A stretch of DNA of 63,557 bases, the filler included. It is 9 parts of 9 records of this genome, joined end to end, with 100 filler letters (N's around TTAATTAATTAA, not from the genome) between each part and the next. Parts side by side here need not be neighbours in the genome. Positions count along the whole stretch, not along the records: positions 27,695 to 34,583 come from SRR31156797_63205; positions 34,684 to 47,454 come from SRR31156797_63294; 7 more parts are not named here. One strand, 5' to 3'. The position numbers and the translations under genes are program-made. Below are positions 31,218 to 41,502 of the stretch, piece by piece. How positions within the stretch are numbered: position 1 is the first letter of the stretch; each line of letters begins with the position of its first letter. A model generated the notes under the pieces. It saw only the letters and a list, made by a program, of their open reading frames with translations, was not told where the DNA came from and searched no databases.

Positions 31218-32246
31218 TCAATAAGGAACCTTCACAACCTGCTTCAGATTGCTGGAATCCATTATTGCCAAGATAACCTTACTTACCTTGTAAGCATCAT
31301 CGAAATCGACAAGAAACGGCTCTTCAGAATGGAGTTTCTCAATAAAGTCGACAATGCTGGCATATGAGAATCCTGTGGGTTTTCCATGAATGATCGGTTT
31401 GATGAGCACATCCGGATGATCGCTTCTGTCCTCCAGATAGCGTTCTATAGTTTGATTGTTGGTCAGGTCCATGTTGAACATGCCGGTGGTCCCGGTAACG
31501 TTTACCTTTATATCGTTCCAATGGGGATGGCTGTCGGGAGTGATCCATCCGTTCTCGATTGTCGCGATAGTGCCATCCTTGAACTCCAGCATTGTCTGAT
31601 AGATATCCGGAACATTGACGCCCTTGCTCTTGAGCACTCCAGACCGGGACAGGCTGTAGACAGTGTCCACTTCGCTGTCCGAGAAGAAACGGAGGGTATC
31701 GACGGCGTGAGAGCCCAGGAACCAGAGAATCGAAGACTTCTCGGACCATTTCAACATCTCCATGGGAACGTAAAGCGTATCATTAAGGCGGTAGTACATG
31801 GAGACGATATCTCCGATTTTCCCTTCCCGGATATCCTGATAGGCCAAGGCGACAGGAGGATTCCAGCGGTTGTGAAAATCCACCATACAGCGGATGCCGG
31901 ACTTCTTCCACGCTTTTTTCATAGCCTCCAGATCTTCGTGAGTGGTAGCCAGGGGCTTCTCCAGCAATACGTGCAGACCGGCTTCGCAGCAGCTGATAAA
32001 AGGTTCCGCATGAGCGAAATCCGGTGTTACGATACTGACAGCGTCCAAGTTTTCCTTGTCAATCATCTCCCTGTATTCGCTGTACGCCTTTGCATCGTAG
32101 GGCAGAGCCAATCCCTCGGCACGGCTCAGATCCAGATCCGCTATTGCAACCAAATCAGAAAGGTGATGATTAAAGATCAAATCAGCATGGGTTTTCCCCC
32201 AGACGCCGGCTCCAATAATTCCCCATCGCAACTTTTTCTCACCCAT
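31218..32246 (-). CDS. Gfo/Idh/MocA family oxidoreductase
   Basis: GIIGAG, TPDFAH, EKPL. Confidence 0.95.
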   Translation of the reverse strand: MGEKKLRWGIIGAGVWGKTHADLIFNHHLSDLVAIADLDLSRAEGLALPYDAKAYSEYREMIDKENLDAVSIVTPDFAHAEPFISCCEAGLHVLLEKPLATTHEDLEAMKKAWKKSGIRCMVDFHNRWNPPVALAYQDIREGKIGDIVSMYYRLNDTLYVPMEMLKWSEKSSILWFLGSHAVDTLRFFSDSEVDTVYSLSRSGVLKSKGVNVPDIYQTMLEFKDGTIATIENGWITPDSHPHWNDIKVNVTGTTGMFNMDLTNNQTIERYLEDRSDHPDVLIKPIIHGKPTGFSYASIVDFIEKLHSEEPFLVDFDDAYKVSKVILAIMDSSNLKQVVKVPY

Positions 32247-32324
32247 ACTTAACTACCCTCGTATTAGCAATTCATCATTTACTTTGAGTGTATGGGATTA
32301 AAAAATGACAGACAATAGGACTAT

Positions 32325-32354
32325 AGTACTCAAAAAGTACTCACCATGTACTGA
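32325..32354. promoter_or_regulatory. Three phased GTACT repeats, putative response-regulator boxes
   Basis: AGTACTCA (32325), AGTACTCA (32336), TGTACTGA (32347) at an exact 11-bp period. Confidence 0.55.
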
Positions 32355-32568
32355 AGGCGTAAAAAGAAGAACACAGACATCCGACCAGTTCATTAATGAA
32401 GCGGTCAATTAATCGGTAACAAAATAAAACCGTACATGTGAAATATAGGTTAATATACTTACAGCTAGGCAGTCAGGCTATTACCGGATACCAATACCTG
32501 AAACAGGTTTTTCCCATTGTTTGTACAGAAATTGAATCGGGAAGCTGTATTGGAGTAGAGATTTCAGG

Positions 32569-33813
32569 ATGTTAAGCAGATCACAGTCATTAAAGCGAAA
32601 GGAACTGATCTTCATCGGATCTTACTCAATGATTGCCCATGTACTCTCATTTCTGCGGTACAATGAGATAAAAAGTGAAGATATTATATTTTATCTGTTC
32701 CAATGGGACTTTCTATTCCTGCTCTCTCTTTCCCTCATTCTGTCACAGGTCCTGATATGGGGAGGCCGGTTGGTCAGTTCAAAAACAAGCTGTCTGCTTA
32801 TCATCCAATGGATACTTATCCTGATGCTGGGCTTACCACTGGGAAAAGAACTCTATATCGAAGCAATACTCATCAGCGACCTGATACTTCAATCAATTTT
32901 TTTCATACATAGAAGGATCTATACTCTGATCCTTGTTTCACTTGAACTCGGTTCATTCATACTGATACAGCAGAAGGTGAAATATGACGGATATACAGTG
33001 CCCCCACCCTCAATTGATTCCACCCTTATTCAGACATTCTTTATTCTGGTAATGGCCTTTCTGTTTCTGTGGATTAAGAAATTCCAAATTGAAATTCTCT
33101 CCCTTTATCAGGAAATCAGAAGATTGAAGCAGGCCTCCGGAAAGCTGATTAAAGCAAACAGGAACTTTCAAGAGAAGGCGTATGAAATTGAATCCGTGAC
33201 AATTAAAAATGAAAGGATGACAATGTCGAGAGAGATCCATGACATCGTCGGATACGCTATGGTCAATATCAATATGATGATGGAAGACGCAATGGACCAA
33301 ATTGATGACAGCAGCCATCCGGTTTTTTCTCTTGTCCTCAATTCAAGAGATCTGGCCAGAAGTTCCCATCTGGAAATCAGGAGAATCCTTCAGGCATTCC
33401 GTGATCGCCCAGATACGGGAGCGACCCTGATCAATGAAATCAGTAACCTCATCACCGTATTCTCCCGGGCTTCGGGAATCCAAATAACACTGAAGACTCC
33501 CCAGACTCTTCCAAAGCTGACAAATGAGCACCGTTACCAAATCACCAAAATAATAAAGGAATCTCTGACGAATGCGCTGTTTCACGGCCAGGCTCAGACG
33601 ATGCAGATCTTCATATTACGCCACTGCCGGGGAATCACCATTTTAATAGAAGACGACGGTATCGGAGCAACAATGATTACCGAGGGGATCGGAATCAGTG
33701 GAATCAGGGAACGGCTGAAGGATATGTCCGGAAGGCTTGATCTCGATTTCGGAGCAGGTTTTTTCAAACTGATAATAAATATACCCATAGCAAGCCAGGG
33801 AGAGGCCGTATGA
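32569..33813 (+). CDS. Membrane sensor histidine kinase (HisKA_3 type)
   Basis: ER...SREIHDIVG, ESLTNA, DDGIG, GISGIRER. Confidence 0.93.
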   Translation: MLSRSQSLKRKELIFIGSYSMIAHVLSFLRYNEIKSEDIIFYLFQWDFLFLLSLSLILSQVLIWGGRLVSSKTSCLLIIQWILILMLGLPLGKELYIEAILISDLILQSIFFIHRRIYTLILVSLELGSFILIQQKVKYDGYTVPPPSIDSTLIQTFFILVMAFLFLWIKKFQIEILSLYQEIRRLKQASGKLIKANRNFQEKAYEIESVTIKNERMTMSREIHDIVGYAMVNINMMMEDAMDQIDDSSHPVFSLVLNSRDLARSSHLEIRRILQAFRDRPDTGATLINEISNLITVFSRASGIQITLKTPQTLPKLTNEHRYQITKIIKESLTNALFHGQAQTMQIFILRHCRGITILIEDDGIGATMITEGIGISGIRERLKDMSGRLDLDFGAGFFKLIINIPIASQGEAV

Positions 33814-34475
33814 GTGCAATTCGTCTATTGATTGCAGATGATCAGATCCACTACTGCAACAGTTTGGCAAATGTGATAAAGAAACGCGGAAAAGGTATAC
33901 AGGTCGTGGGAACGGCTCATAACGGCCTCGATGTTTTGAAACAGATTGACGATTGCAAGCCTTCCATCATTCTAATGGATGTCAGAATGCCGAAAATGGA
34001 CGGGGTAGAATGCACGCAAATTATCTGCCGTAACTATCCGGATATTAAAATTGTTATGTTCTCAACCTTCGATGATGACGAATGTATCTTCAAAGCCATC
34101 GATAACGGAGCCATCGGCTACCTGCTGAAATCCATTCCTCCCAATGAACTGATTACCTCCATATACGCGGTCAACGGCGGTGTCTTTCAGATGTCACCCT
34201 CAATCGCCCAGAAACTGGTACAGAAACAGAGCCGGGAACAGGCCGCATCAGTTTCAAGAAACCAGAAAAAACCATCCTGGTTCATCTCGCTGAAGAGAAG
34301 AGAAAGGGAAATCCTTTACTTTCTAAGTCAGGGTTATACAAACAAGGAGATAGGTGAAAGACTCTTCCTGTCTGAGCAAACCGTAAAAAACTATACAAGT
34401 CATATCTACGAGATCATGGGTGTGGAAAACAGGTCCTCTGCCCAGAAACTGATTTTCAGTGCTGAGCTTTTTTAA
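33810..34475 (+). CDS. NarL/LuxR family response regulator
   Basis: IADD, MDVRMP, GYLLK, LuxR HTH NKEIGERLFLSEQTVKNY. Confidence 0.95.
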   Translation: MSAIRLLIADDQIHYCNSLANVIKKRGKGIQVVGTAHNGLDVLKQIDDCKPSIILMDVRMPKMDGVECTQIICRNYPDIKIVMFSTFDDDECIFKAIDNGAIGYLLKSIPPNELITSIYAVNGGVFQMSPSIAQKLVQKQSREQAASVSRNQKKPSWFISLKRREREILYFLSQGYTNKEIGERLFLSEQTVKNYTSHIYEIMGVENRSSAQKLIFSAELF

Positions 34476-34683
34476 TATCTGGCGTATTCAGGAATCCACT
34501 AAAAGCGGGATATTGCCGTCCCGATTTCAAGTATTTTATTAATACGATAATCGTATAGTAAACCACCACCCCCAGAGGAGGTGNNNNNNNNNNNNNNNNN
34601 NNNNNNNNNNNNNNNNNNNNNNNNNNNTTAATTAATTAANNNNNNNNNNNNNNNNNNNNNNNNNNNNNNNNNNNNNNNNNNNN

Positions 34684-35555
34684 CCAAAAACAACCAGATT
34701 CATGGAAAAAAGCCGCCCATTTTTCTCCGGACCGGCATAGGTACTGACCGCCGCCAGGCCCCGCCGGTAAAGCCCGGTCATTTCCCTGGCCATCTCCTCC
34801 AGGGAGATGCTGCCCAGGGGAAGTCTGCCCTTTTCAAAAAGGATCTGTTTTTTCCGATCGGCCAGTTCCCGGCCGTATTTCAGAGAAAGGGCCTGATACT
34901 CTTTCTGAACGGCAACCATCTCCGCCTGGGCCTTCCGGTGGGCTTCCAGAAGTTGAGCCAAGGCCTGTTTCCTATTGTCGTTGATACGCTCCAGGGCCTT
35001 GAAATTTTTCCTGAGCCGGGCGAAATCCGGATGGGAAGACTCCACCGCTGTGAGGACTTCCCTGGAATAGGCCTTGTTCAGATTACTTTCCTCCTCCACA
35101 CGACCGAGCTCTTCCGTAAGGAGTTCAACCCGCTTTTGCATCTGCCGAAGCGGCTCCTCCATCCCCTCGCCCTTAGGCTTGATGGAGTTCCAGTCCGATT
35201 CCAGCTTTTTCAGATCCTTTGTTCCGTTGATCAGGGACTTGGCATGGGCGGAGAGATCGATCCTGTCTTTTTTTATCTCCTGTTCACGTTTTGCGAAATC
35301 CTCCCGAAAAACCGCCCACAGCCTGTTCTCCGACTCCAGGGTTTCCTTCCCCCGCTGCAGCTCCTGGGAAAGGGTTTCATTTATGGCCCGATAATCCAGC
35401 GCGGCATTTCCTTCCGCACCGGCAGAAATATCCACCGCCTTCTCCTCCGCCCATGCCGGCCCCGGGAAAGGACCCCAGGCAAGAAAAAGCAACATCAGAA
35501 GGATCAGGCTCCTTCCAGGCCGTTCCGGACAAGTGCGACAAACAGGCATGAACAT
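34684..35555 (-). CDS. Long coiled-coil periplasmic N-terminus, probably of an MscK-like mechanosensitive channel (truncated)
   Basis: Signal peptide and long heptad region leading into a first TM helix at the gap; channel domain not visible. Confidence 0.55.
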
Positions 35556-35594
35556 CTCCTTTTGAGTATTTGATTTAGCCGAGTCAAAGAGTTT

Positions 35595-36605
35595 ATGATA
35601 AACTCACCACCAGATCAAGCACCCCCAATAATAAAGCCGGGAGAGACTATCATGAACATCTATCGAATGGATCGTAAAGGCAACGGCACCCCCATTTCCC
35701 CCGAGGACCTTGACCCGGAAAAAGAGAAGGACACCATGACCTGGGTTCACATGGATTACGAAACTCCCGAAGACCGTGCCTGGCTCAAGCAGCAGACAGG
35801 ACTGGAGCCCATTGCCAGGGAAGCCCTTGTTTCCGAAGAGACGCGGCCCAGAGCCCAGGTGATGGAAGAGGGCCTCATGCTATCCCTGAGAGGCATCAAC
35901 TATGAAAACCCGGATACGCCGGAAGACATGATCGCCCTGCGTATGTGGGTGGAAAAAAACCGGGTATTCAGTTCCTGTGCGAGGGATCTCAGATCCGTCG
36001 CCCATTTGGAAAAGTTGCTAACCCAGGGGCGGGGCCCTAAAAGCATGTCCGAATTCCTGGTCCTCCTTGTCAGGGGACTTGTGGAGCGCATTGAGGACGC
36101 CCTGGCCATCTGCCGAAACGAAATCGACGGGCTGGAGGATGCCACCCTGGACCGGATGGGCCAGGAACTGCAATCCAGCCTCATGCAATTCAGGCATCGC
36201 ATCATTACCATGCGCCGTTACCTCTCCCCCCAGCGGGACGCCCTTACCAGGCTGTCGGGGGAAACCCTGCCCTGGCTCACAAAGACCGGCCGGCTCCGGC
36301 TCAGGGAGGCCGCCCAGACCCTGATCCGCTGCATTGAAGACCTGGATGCCATGAGAGACCAGGCCGCAGTCATCCAGGAAGAATGGATCCGCCAGAACGC
36401 CCAGCAGCTCAACTCCCGAATGTATGTGCTGTCGATCATAACCATCATCTTCCTGCCCCTGAGCTTCCTTACTGGCCTTCTGGGCATCAATATGGGCGGC
36501 ATCCCCGGAGCGGAAAACCCACATGCGTTTCTCATCATTACGATCCTGATGATATCCGTTGTGGTGCTTCAACTCATGGTGCTGAAAAAAAAACGCTGGC
36601 TTTAG
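35595..36605 (+). CDS. zntB: CorA-family transporter, ZntB type
   Basis: ETRPR, LRGIN, two C-terminal TM helices with GINMGGIPG; start may be the Met of MNIY. Confidence 0.9.
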   Translation: MINSPPDQAPPIIKPGETIMNIYRMDRKGNGTPISPEDLDPEKEKDTMTWVHMDYETPEDRAWLKQQTGLEPIAREALVSEETRPRAQVMEEGLMLSLRGINYENPDTPEDMIALRMWVEKNRVFSSCARDLRSVAHLEKLLTQGRGPKSMSEFLVLLVRGLVERIEDALAICRNEIDGLEDATLDRMGQELQSSLMQFRHRIITMRRYLSPQRDALTRLSGETLPWLTKTGRLRLREAAQTLIRCIEDLDAMRDQAAVIQEEWIRQNAQQLNSRMYVLSIITIIFLPLSFLTGLLGINMGGIPGAENPHAFLIITILMISVVVLQLMVLKKKRWL

Positions 36606-36653
36606 CGGCTGGTCCACCCGCCCCTTCCCGTCTCCGGGGGCAGGAAGTTCTTT

Positions 36654-37376
36654 TCATGTCCGGGCGGTTCCTTCTCCGGAACCGATACACCGGAAGAAGA
36701 GACGCAGTGCCTTGAGCACCCGCTCCCCCTTTTCAGCATCCGTGGCAAAGGGCGCCCTGGAAAGCTCCAGCTGGATCCAGGGCATGAACTGCTGCTGGTG
36801 TTGAGTGATCCACCCGCCGGCAAAGGGCCGGTTGATCCGGACCGCCTCTGTAAAATACCGGTCCAGACACGCCGCCAGCAGCCGGGTCCAGGATACCGGG
36901 CAGCTGGTGCCGTGGACATCCCCCAGGCAGACCTGAGGCCGTTTCTTCCCGGAATTCGGCGCCAGGGGCGGCCCCGTATCCGCCATGGTATGGCAATCGA
37001 TTCCCAGGATCACCCCCTGCCCGGCCAGGGCTTCAAGGCGACGGTGGTAGGGCCGGTGATATTTCCGGATAAGGGTACGCACCTGTTCCGTGGAAAGAGG
37101 CGAGCTGTAAATGGGCTCCCCCCAGCAGGTGTGAGTCTTGACCACACCGTCATTTCTGATATCTTCCTCCCTCCGGTTCAGGTCCACATAGGCCCGGGCG
37201 ATCCGTGATGTAACAAAATGCCGGACATGATCCATGAGCGGGGAATAAATCGAATCGGCCCCCTCATCGCCGTCAGCCTCAATCTGGCCGGGGGTGAGGC
37301 GATTCAACAGTTCAACCTCCGGTGGCACCCCCGTGCCGGCATGGGGAACGGAAATCAGGAAAGGCATAGGGTCCAT
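36654..37376 (-). CDS. N-formylglutamate amidohydrolase family protein
   Basis: SVPHAG, RAYVDLNR, YHRPYH, IDCHTM, PFAGG, IQLEL; start re-set to MDPM, 1 nt after the GGT stop. Confidence 0.9.
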   Translation of the reverse strand: MDPMPFLISVPHAGTGVPPEVELLNRLTPGQIEADGDEGADSIYSPLMDHVRHFVTSRIARAYVDLNRREEDIRNDGVVKTHTCWGEPIYSSPLSTEQVRTLIRKYHRPYHRRLEALAGQGVILGIDCHTMADTGPPLAPNSGKKRPQVCLGDVHGTSCPVSWTRLLAACLDRYFTEAVRINRPFAGGWITQHQQQFMPWIQLELSRAPFATDAEKGERVLKALRLFFRCIGSGEGTART

Positions 37377-37377
37377 G

Positions 37378-39000
37378 TCAGGGACCTCCCGCGGAACCGT
37401 CCCGCCTGGGGTCGGCCACGCCGAGGAACCGGCCGCCCTCATTGAGCACCAGCTGGACACAGCCCAGGTAAAAGGAGTATGGGTCCCGGATGTTGACGGT
37501 AAACCCATGGCGCCGGAGAAGCCCCGGCACATCATCCCGCATCCGGGTGCCTTCGAGGGAAACCTTTCCCTTAATGGAACAATGCATACGGGGCGCTTCC
37601 ACCGCATCAAAGGGATCGGCTCCCTGCTCCAGACGGAGGAGAACCATGAGAATGGCCGAAACGATCCGCTCCGATCCCGGGGACCCGATGCCCATCCAGG
37701 GATAGGAGCCCTTGAACACAATGGTGGGGGCCACCGAGGCCCAGGGAACCGCCCCCGGCCTCAGGTAATAGGGATGGGTGATATCCTGGTACTCAAAGGC
37801 GCTCATGTAATTGTTGTAAAGGAACCCCAGCTCCGGACAAACGGCAAAGGAGCCGTACACCCGCTCGATGGACTGGGTCAGGGAGACCACGTTTCCCTCC
37901 TTGTCCATCACCGACAGGTGGGTGGTGTCCCCGCTGGAATTGATCCGGGCCTTGATCCGTTTGGCCACCCGCTTGGCGTAATCCACATGGGTGATATCCT
38001 CCCCCAGTTCCATCTCCTGGGCAAATAGGGTGGGATCGTCCGGCCGATCCGACCGGTCCAGGTTCGCCTTCCGGATCACATGGGCCAGCAGGAGAATTCC
38101 CTGGGGATGGTTGGGATCCCGCCGGGTGGCCGGGAATTGCTCCAGCAGGTTCAAGGCCTCAATGAGGGTCCTGCCCGCCCCGGGGGGACCGAAAGTGAAC
38201 ACCCGCTTGTTTCCGAAATGGGTAGCCAGGGGACGCCGTTCTACGGGCCAGGGAATCTGGGCAAGATCATCGTCCCGGATCAGCCCGTCGTTTTCCACCA
38301 TGTCCTTGTGAATCGTGGCGGCGATCTGCCCCTGGTAGAAATCCTCCACCCCTGACCGCCCCAAATGTTCCAGGGTGTCTGCCAGCACGGGTTGCTTCAG
38401 CACCGAACCGATGGGGTACGGGTTCTTGCCTTTCTTCAAAAAGAATTGCCCGGCTGAATGGGCCCTGAGGTGCTTGAGTTCCCGCTTGGTGAGGAAATGC
38501 TGCAGGGGAGAAACCCGGTATCCCTGCCGGGCCAGTGATACGGCCGGCACCAGGACCTCGGCCAGATGTTTGGTGCCGTAATGTTTGAGGGCGTGTCCCA
38601 GGACGGCTGGGGTGCTTGGAACCGTGGTGGCCCGATGGCCCCGCAGTTGCTCCCGCCGGTCCAGCTCCCCCGGCGGGGTCCGGTGGGGGGCCCGGGTTCC
38701 CCCGTCCAGGCAAAATTTCCTGCCGGAATCGGACAGGTGAAGCAACATCATGGTCTGCCCCCCCAGCCCGGAGGCGGCGGGCTCCACCACCCCCAGGGCA
38801 AAGGCTGCGGCCACGGCGGCATCCACGGCGTTGCCCCCGGTCCGTAGCATCTCGACGCCTGCTTCCGTGGCCAGATAGTGCTGGGTGGAAACCATACCGC
38901 CGGTGGAGACCCCCACCCGCTGGGGGTAGATCACCCGGTGATCTCCGGGATCCAGGAGATCCGTGTCCAGGGGTTTTCTTGTGTGTCGCCGGTCTGTCAT
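37378..39000 (-). CDS. ggt: Gamma-glutamyltransferase family (Ntn hydrolase), no signal peptide
   Basis: GGNAVDAAVA, EPAASGLGG, autocleavage D-TTHLSV, GSPG, ADPRRDG. Confidence 0.93.
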   Translation of the reverse strand: MTDRRHTRKPLDTDLLDPGDHRVIYPQRVGVSTGGMVSTQHYLATEAGVEMLRTGGNAVDAAVAAAFALGVVEPAASGLGGQTMMLLHLSDSGRKFCLDGGTRAPHRTPPGELDRREQLRGHRATTVPSTPAVLGHALKHYGTKHLAEVLVPAVSLARQGYRVSPLQHFLTKRELKHLRAHSAGQFFLKKGKNPYPIGSVLKQPVLADTLEHLGRSGVEDFYQGQIAATIHKDMVENDGLIRDDDLAQIPWPVERRPLATHFGNKRVFTFGPPGAGRTLIEALNLLEQFPATRRDPNHPQGILLLAHVIRKANLDRSDRPDDPTLFAQEMELGEDITHVDYAKRVAKRIKARINSSGDTTHLSVMDKEGNVVSLTQSIERVYGSFAVCPELGFLYNNYMSAFEYQDITHPYYLRPGAVPWASVAPTIVFKGSYPWMGIGSPGSERIVSAILMVLLRLEQGADPFDAVEAPRMHCSIKGKVSLEGTRMRDDVPGLLRRHGFTVNIRDPYSFYLGCVQLVLNEGGRFLGVADPRRDGSAGGP

Positions 39001-41153
39001 TTTTTCTCCGCAAGGATAAGCAGGTACTGGGCCATGAGCAAGGTGCGCTGCACCAGGCTCATTCGCGACACCGCCTCACGGGCCGTATAAAGGTCCCGGG
39101 CCACCGGTCCCAGGCCGCATAGAACCGGCACAGGCGGGGGGACCAAACCTGCCGCTGAAGGCCAAAGGGAGGTTTCCGTGTCAAGGGGAATATCCCATTC
39201 GGCAGCCAGGGCCATGAGTTCATCGGTCATGATGCCGTTCCCCTTTTGCTGCACCATGGGAGGCCGGTCCGATGCCAGGGCAAGGTCCCACCGGAGCCCC
39301 TCACCCTTCAGGATCTGTTTCATGGCCTTCTCCAGCTGCCGCATTTTTTCCAGGGTGGGATAGGAAACCTGGAGGGTGACCCTCGCCCTGTGGGGAATTC
39401 GCTGGGGAAAGGCCTCGGTGCGAATATCCACGGCCGCCACCCCCAGCCGGTGTTTACGGTTACTCAGTTCGCTGACCTGGTCCAGCTTTTTATAAAGAAC
39501 CCGCATCACCTCCCGTACCCGGCCCCCCTGACCCAACTTCAGGGATTTTCCCTCCACGGTAAGCCGGTAAGTTCGCTGGCCCCGGCGGGAAATAACGATC
39601 CGGTCACCCAGGTTGCCGGAATTGAGCACCAGGACCCGGTCCGCCTTTTCCGCGGCCCGGGTGATGAACTCAGCCGACTCCTCGCAGTCCCGCCCTTCGT
39701 CGGCATAACACAAAACCCCCAGCCGGGAATTCCTGAATTTCCTGACATGCTTGAGGGCCCGGAGAACGTATTCCAGCTGAACCAGGGGCGCCCGGGACGA
39801 GCCGCCCCCCTCCCCGAACAGCCACTCCGGATCGCACCGGAACTGCTCGAGCCGCAAATACGGACTCTCCGGCACATCCATATGGCAGATGAGCAAGGTG
39901 CCCTGACTCAGCCCCAGGGGGCTTTCCCAGGTCCAGACATCCCGGCGGTCGCTGAGATCCGGAACCGGTTTCATGCCGATATCGGCCATGATTTTACCAA
40001 GCTTGCTGGCGGCCATGCGCAATCCCACGGGATCGTCTGACCGGGAGTTGATGTTGGTCCACTCCTCCACCCTTTTTTCCAGCTGATCCCGCCGCTCCGT
40101 GAGAAAGGCGAACACCCCATGGCGGGGATCCCTGATCTTTTTGGAAATCTCAGGAGGATTGGGGGTTCCGAAATAACGGGCCGAGGCCACCTCCACCATC
40201 CGGTTAACAAGGGCGGCAAAATCCATCCCCATGGCCCCTGCGGAGGCCACATAGGACCCGTGCTCACCCAGACTGGGCAAAGAATTGATCTCCAGCACAA
40301 AAAGGTTCCCCTCGGCATCCATTCGCAGATCCACCCGGGCACAGTCGTAGCACCCCAAGGCCTCAAAGGCCTTCCGGGCGATCTGCTGGGCTTTTTCCGA
40401 CACGGCCGCATCGATCCCGGCCGGGCAGTCAACCCCGATCTCCCGGCCGGATTTACGCCTTTTGTCCTCCAGGGTATAAATCTTCGGGCCTGTTTCCCCG
40501 AAGATCAGTTCCGCCGGCAGGAAGGTTTCCAGGTTGCACCCATTGCCCAGGAGTCCCACATTGATCTCCCGCCCCTCGATATACCGTTCCACCAGCACTG
40601 CCTGGTCAAACTCCTTGAAAATGACTGCCGCAGCTTCCTTGAGCTCATCCTCGTTATTGACCACCCTGAGACCAAAGGAAACCGCCTCGTTCTTGGGCTT
40701 CACGATAAGGGGATAGTCCATCTCCGGCATCGGGGCATCCGGGTTATTCAGTACAGCGAATTCCGGGGTGGGAATCCCATTCTGCACAAACAGCATCTTG
40801 GCCACCACCTTGTCCAGGGCAAGGGAATGGGCCAGGGGACCGGACCCCACATAGGGCACCCCCACCATCTCCAGAATGCCGGGGACATGGGTATATCTGG
40901 CCTGCCCCTGGATGCCGTAGGAGAGGTTAAAGGCCATGCCCGGCCGTTCCCCTTTCAAGGCCCGGGGCATAAACGCTTCCAGCTTGTCGATGAGGTCCTT
41001 GTCCCCCTCCATGGCCGTGGCATGGTGCCCCCCCTTCTTCAGGGCTGTCACAATGCGCTTGATGGCTGCCAGGCCGTACTTTTCACGATTGGGCAATCCA
41101 AACAGGTTGATCACCTTTTTGGATTCGCGGTTGTAGATCACTGCTATTTTCAT
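38997..41153 (-). CDS. Fusion of a Ddl-like ATP-grasp ligase and a degenerate M20 peptidase domain
   Basis: N-half: PYVGS, LALDK, LIVKP, VERYIEGREI, RVDLR, LEINSLP. C-half: M20 fold cues CHMDV, ADEG, SRRG, CGLGP. Confidence 0.88.
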   Translation of the reverse strand: MKIAVIYNRESKKVINLFGLPNREKYGLAAIKRIVTALKKGGHHATAMEGDKDLIDKLEAFMPRALKGERPGMAFNLSYGIQGQARYTHVPGILEMVGVPYVGSGPLAHSLALDKVVAKMLFVQNGIPTPEFAVLNNPDAPMPEMDYPLIVKPKNEAVSFGLRVVNNEDELKEAAAVIFKEFDQAVLVERYIEGREINVGLLGNGCNLETFLPAELIFGETGPKIYTLEDKRRKSGREIGVDCPAGIDAAVSEKAQQIARKAFEALGCYDCARVDLRMDAEGNLFVLEINSLPSLGEHGSYVASAGAMGMDFAALVNRMVEVASARYFGTPNPPEISKKIRDPRHGVFAFLTERRDQLEKRVEEWTNINSRSDDPVGLRMAASKLGKIMADIGMKPVPDLSDRRDVWTWESPLGLSQGTLLICHMDVPESPYLRLEQFRCDPEWLFGEGGGSSRAPLVQLEYVLRALKHVRKFRNSRLGVLCYADEGRDCEESAEFITRAAEKADRVLVLNSGNLGDRIVISRRGQRTYRLTVEGKSLKLGQGGRVREVMRVLYKKLDQVSELSNRKHRLGVAAVDIRTEAFPQRIPHRARVTLQVSYPTLEKMRQLEKAMKQILKGEGLRWDLALASDRPPMVQQKGNGIMTDELMALAAEWDIPLDTETSLWPSAAGLVPPPVPVLCGLGPVARDLYTAREAVSRMSLVQRTLLMAQYLLILAEKK

Positions 41154-41502
41154 CTGTTAAATGTCCTTGTATGGAACGTTGAAATAAAAATAACGCTTGA
41201 ATCTGGGAGAAACTCGTGGAGATCAGAATACTGATGAAAACCATTATACCATGATAAACCGCCCTTTCAAGGAATTACAGAACACTAACGCCACAAGTTC
41301 CGAGGGTTAAAACCGGCACTCAGGGGGAATCAAAATCCTGTATGGTGAAGTCGACTTTCCAATATGATAGATCAACCGGATAATAACAGCTTGACTTTTA
41401 ATGATTTCAAGGTTAGTGGCATTCAATGAATGCATCCCCTTTGGCCGGGATCTGTCTTACCATCAGCAACGGGCCGGGAGGTACGGTCCGGGAGGAGAAG
41501 AT

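Noticed and set aside
34561-34583. AACCACCACCCCAGAGGAGGTG at the contig end, resembling an IS200/REP hairpin
   Set aside because: Cut off by the gap; too little sequence to call.
36654-37721. 355-aa ORF-track version of the amidohydrolase
   Set aside because: Its first ~115 codons overlap ggt out of frame; family similarity starts at MDPM (37376).
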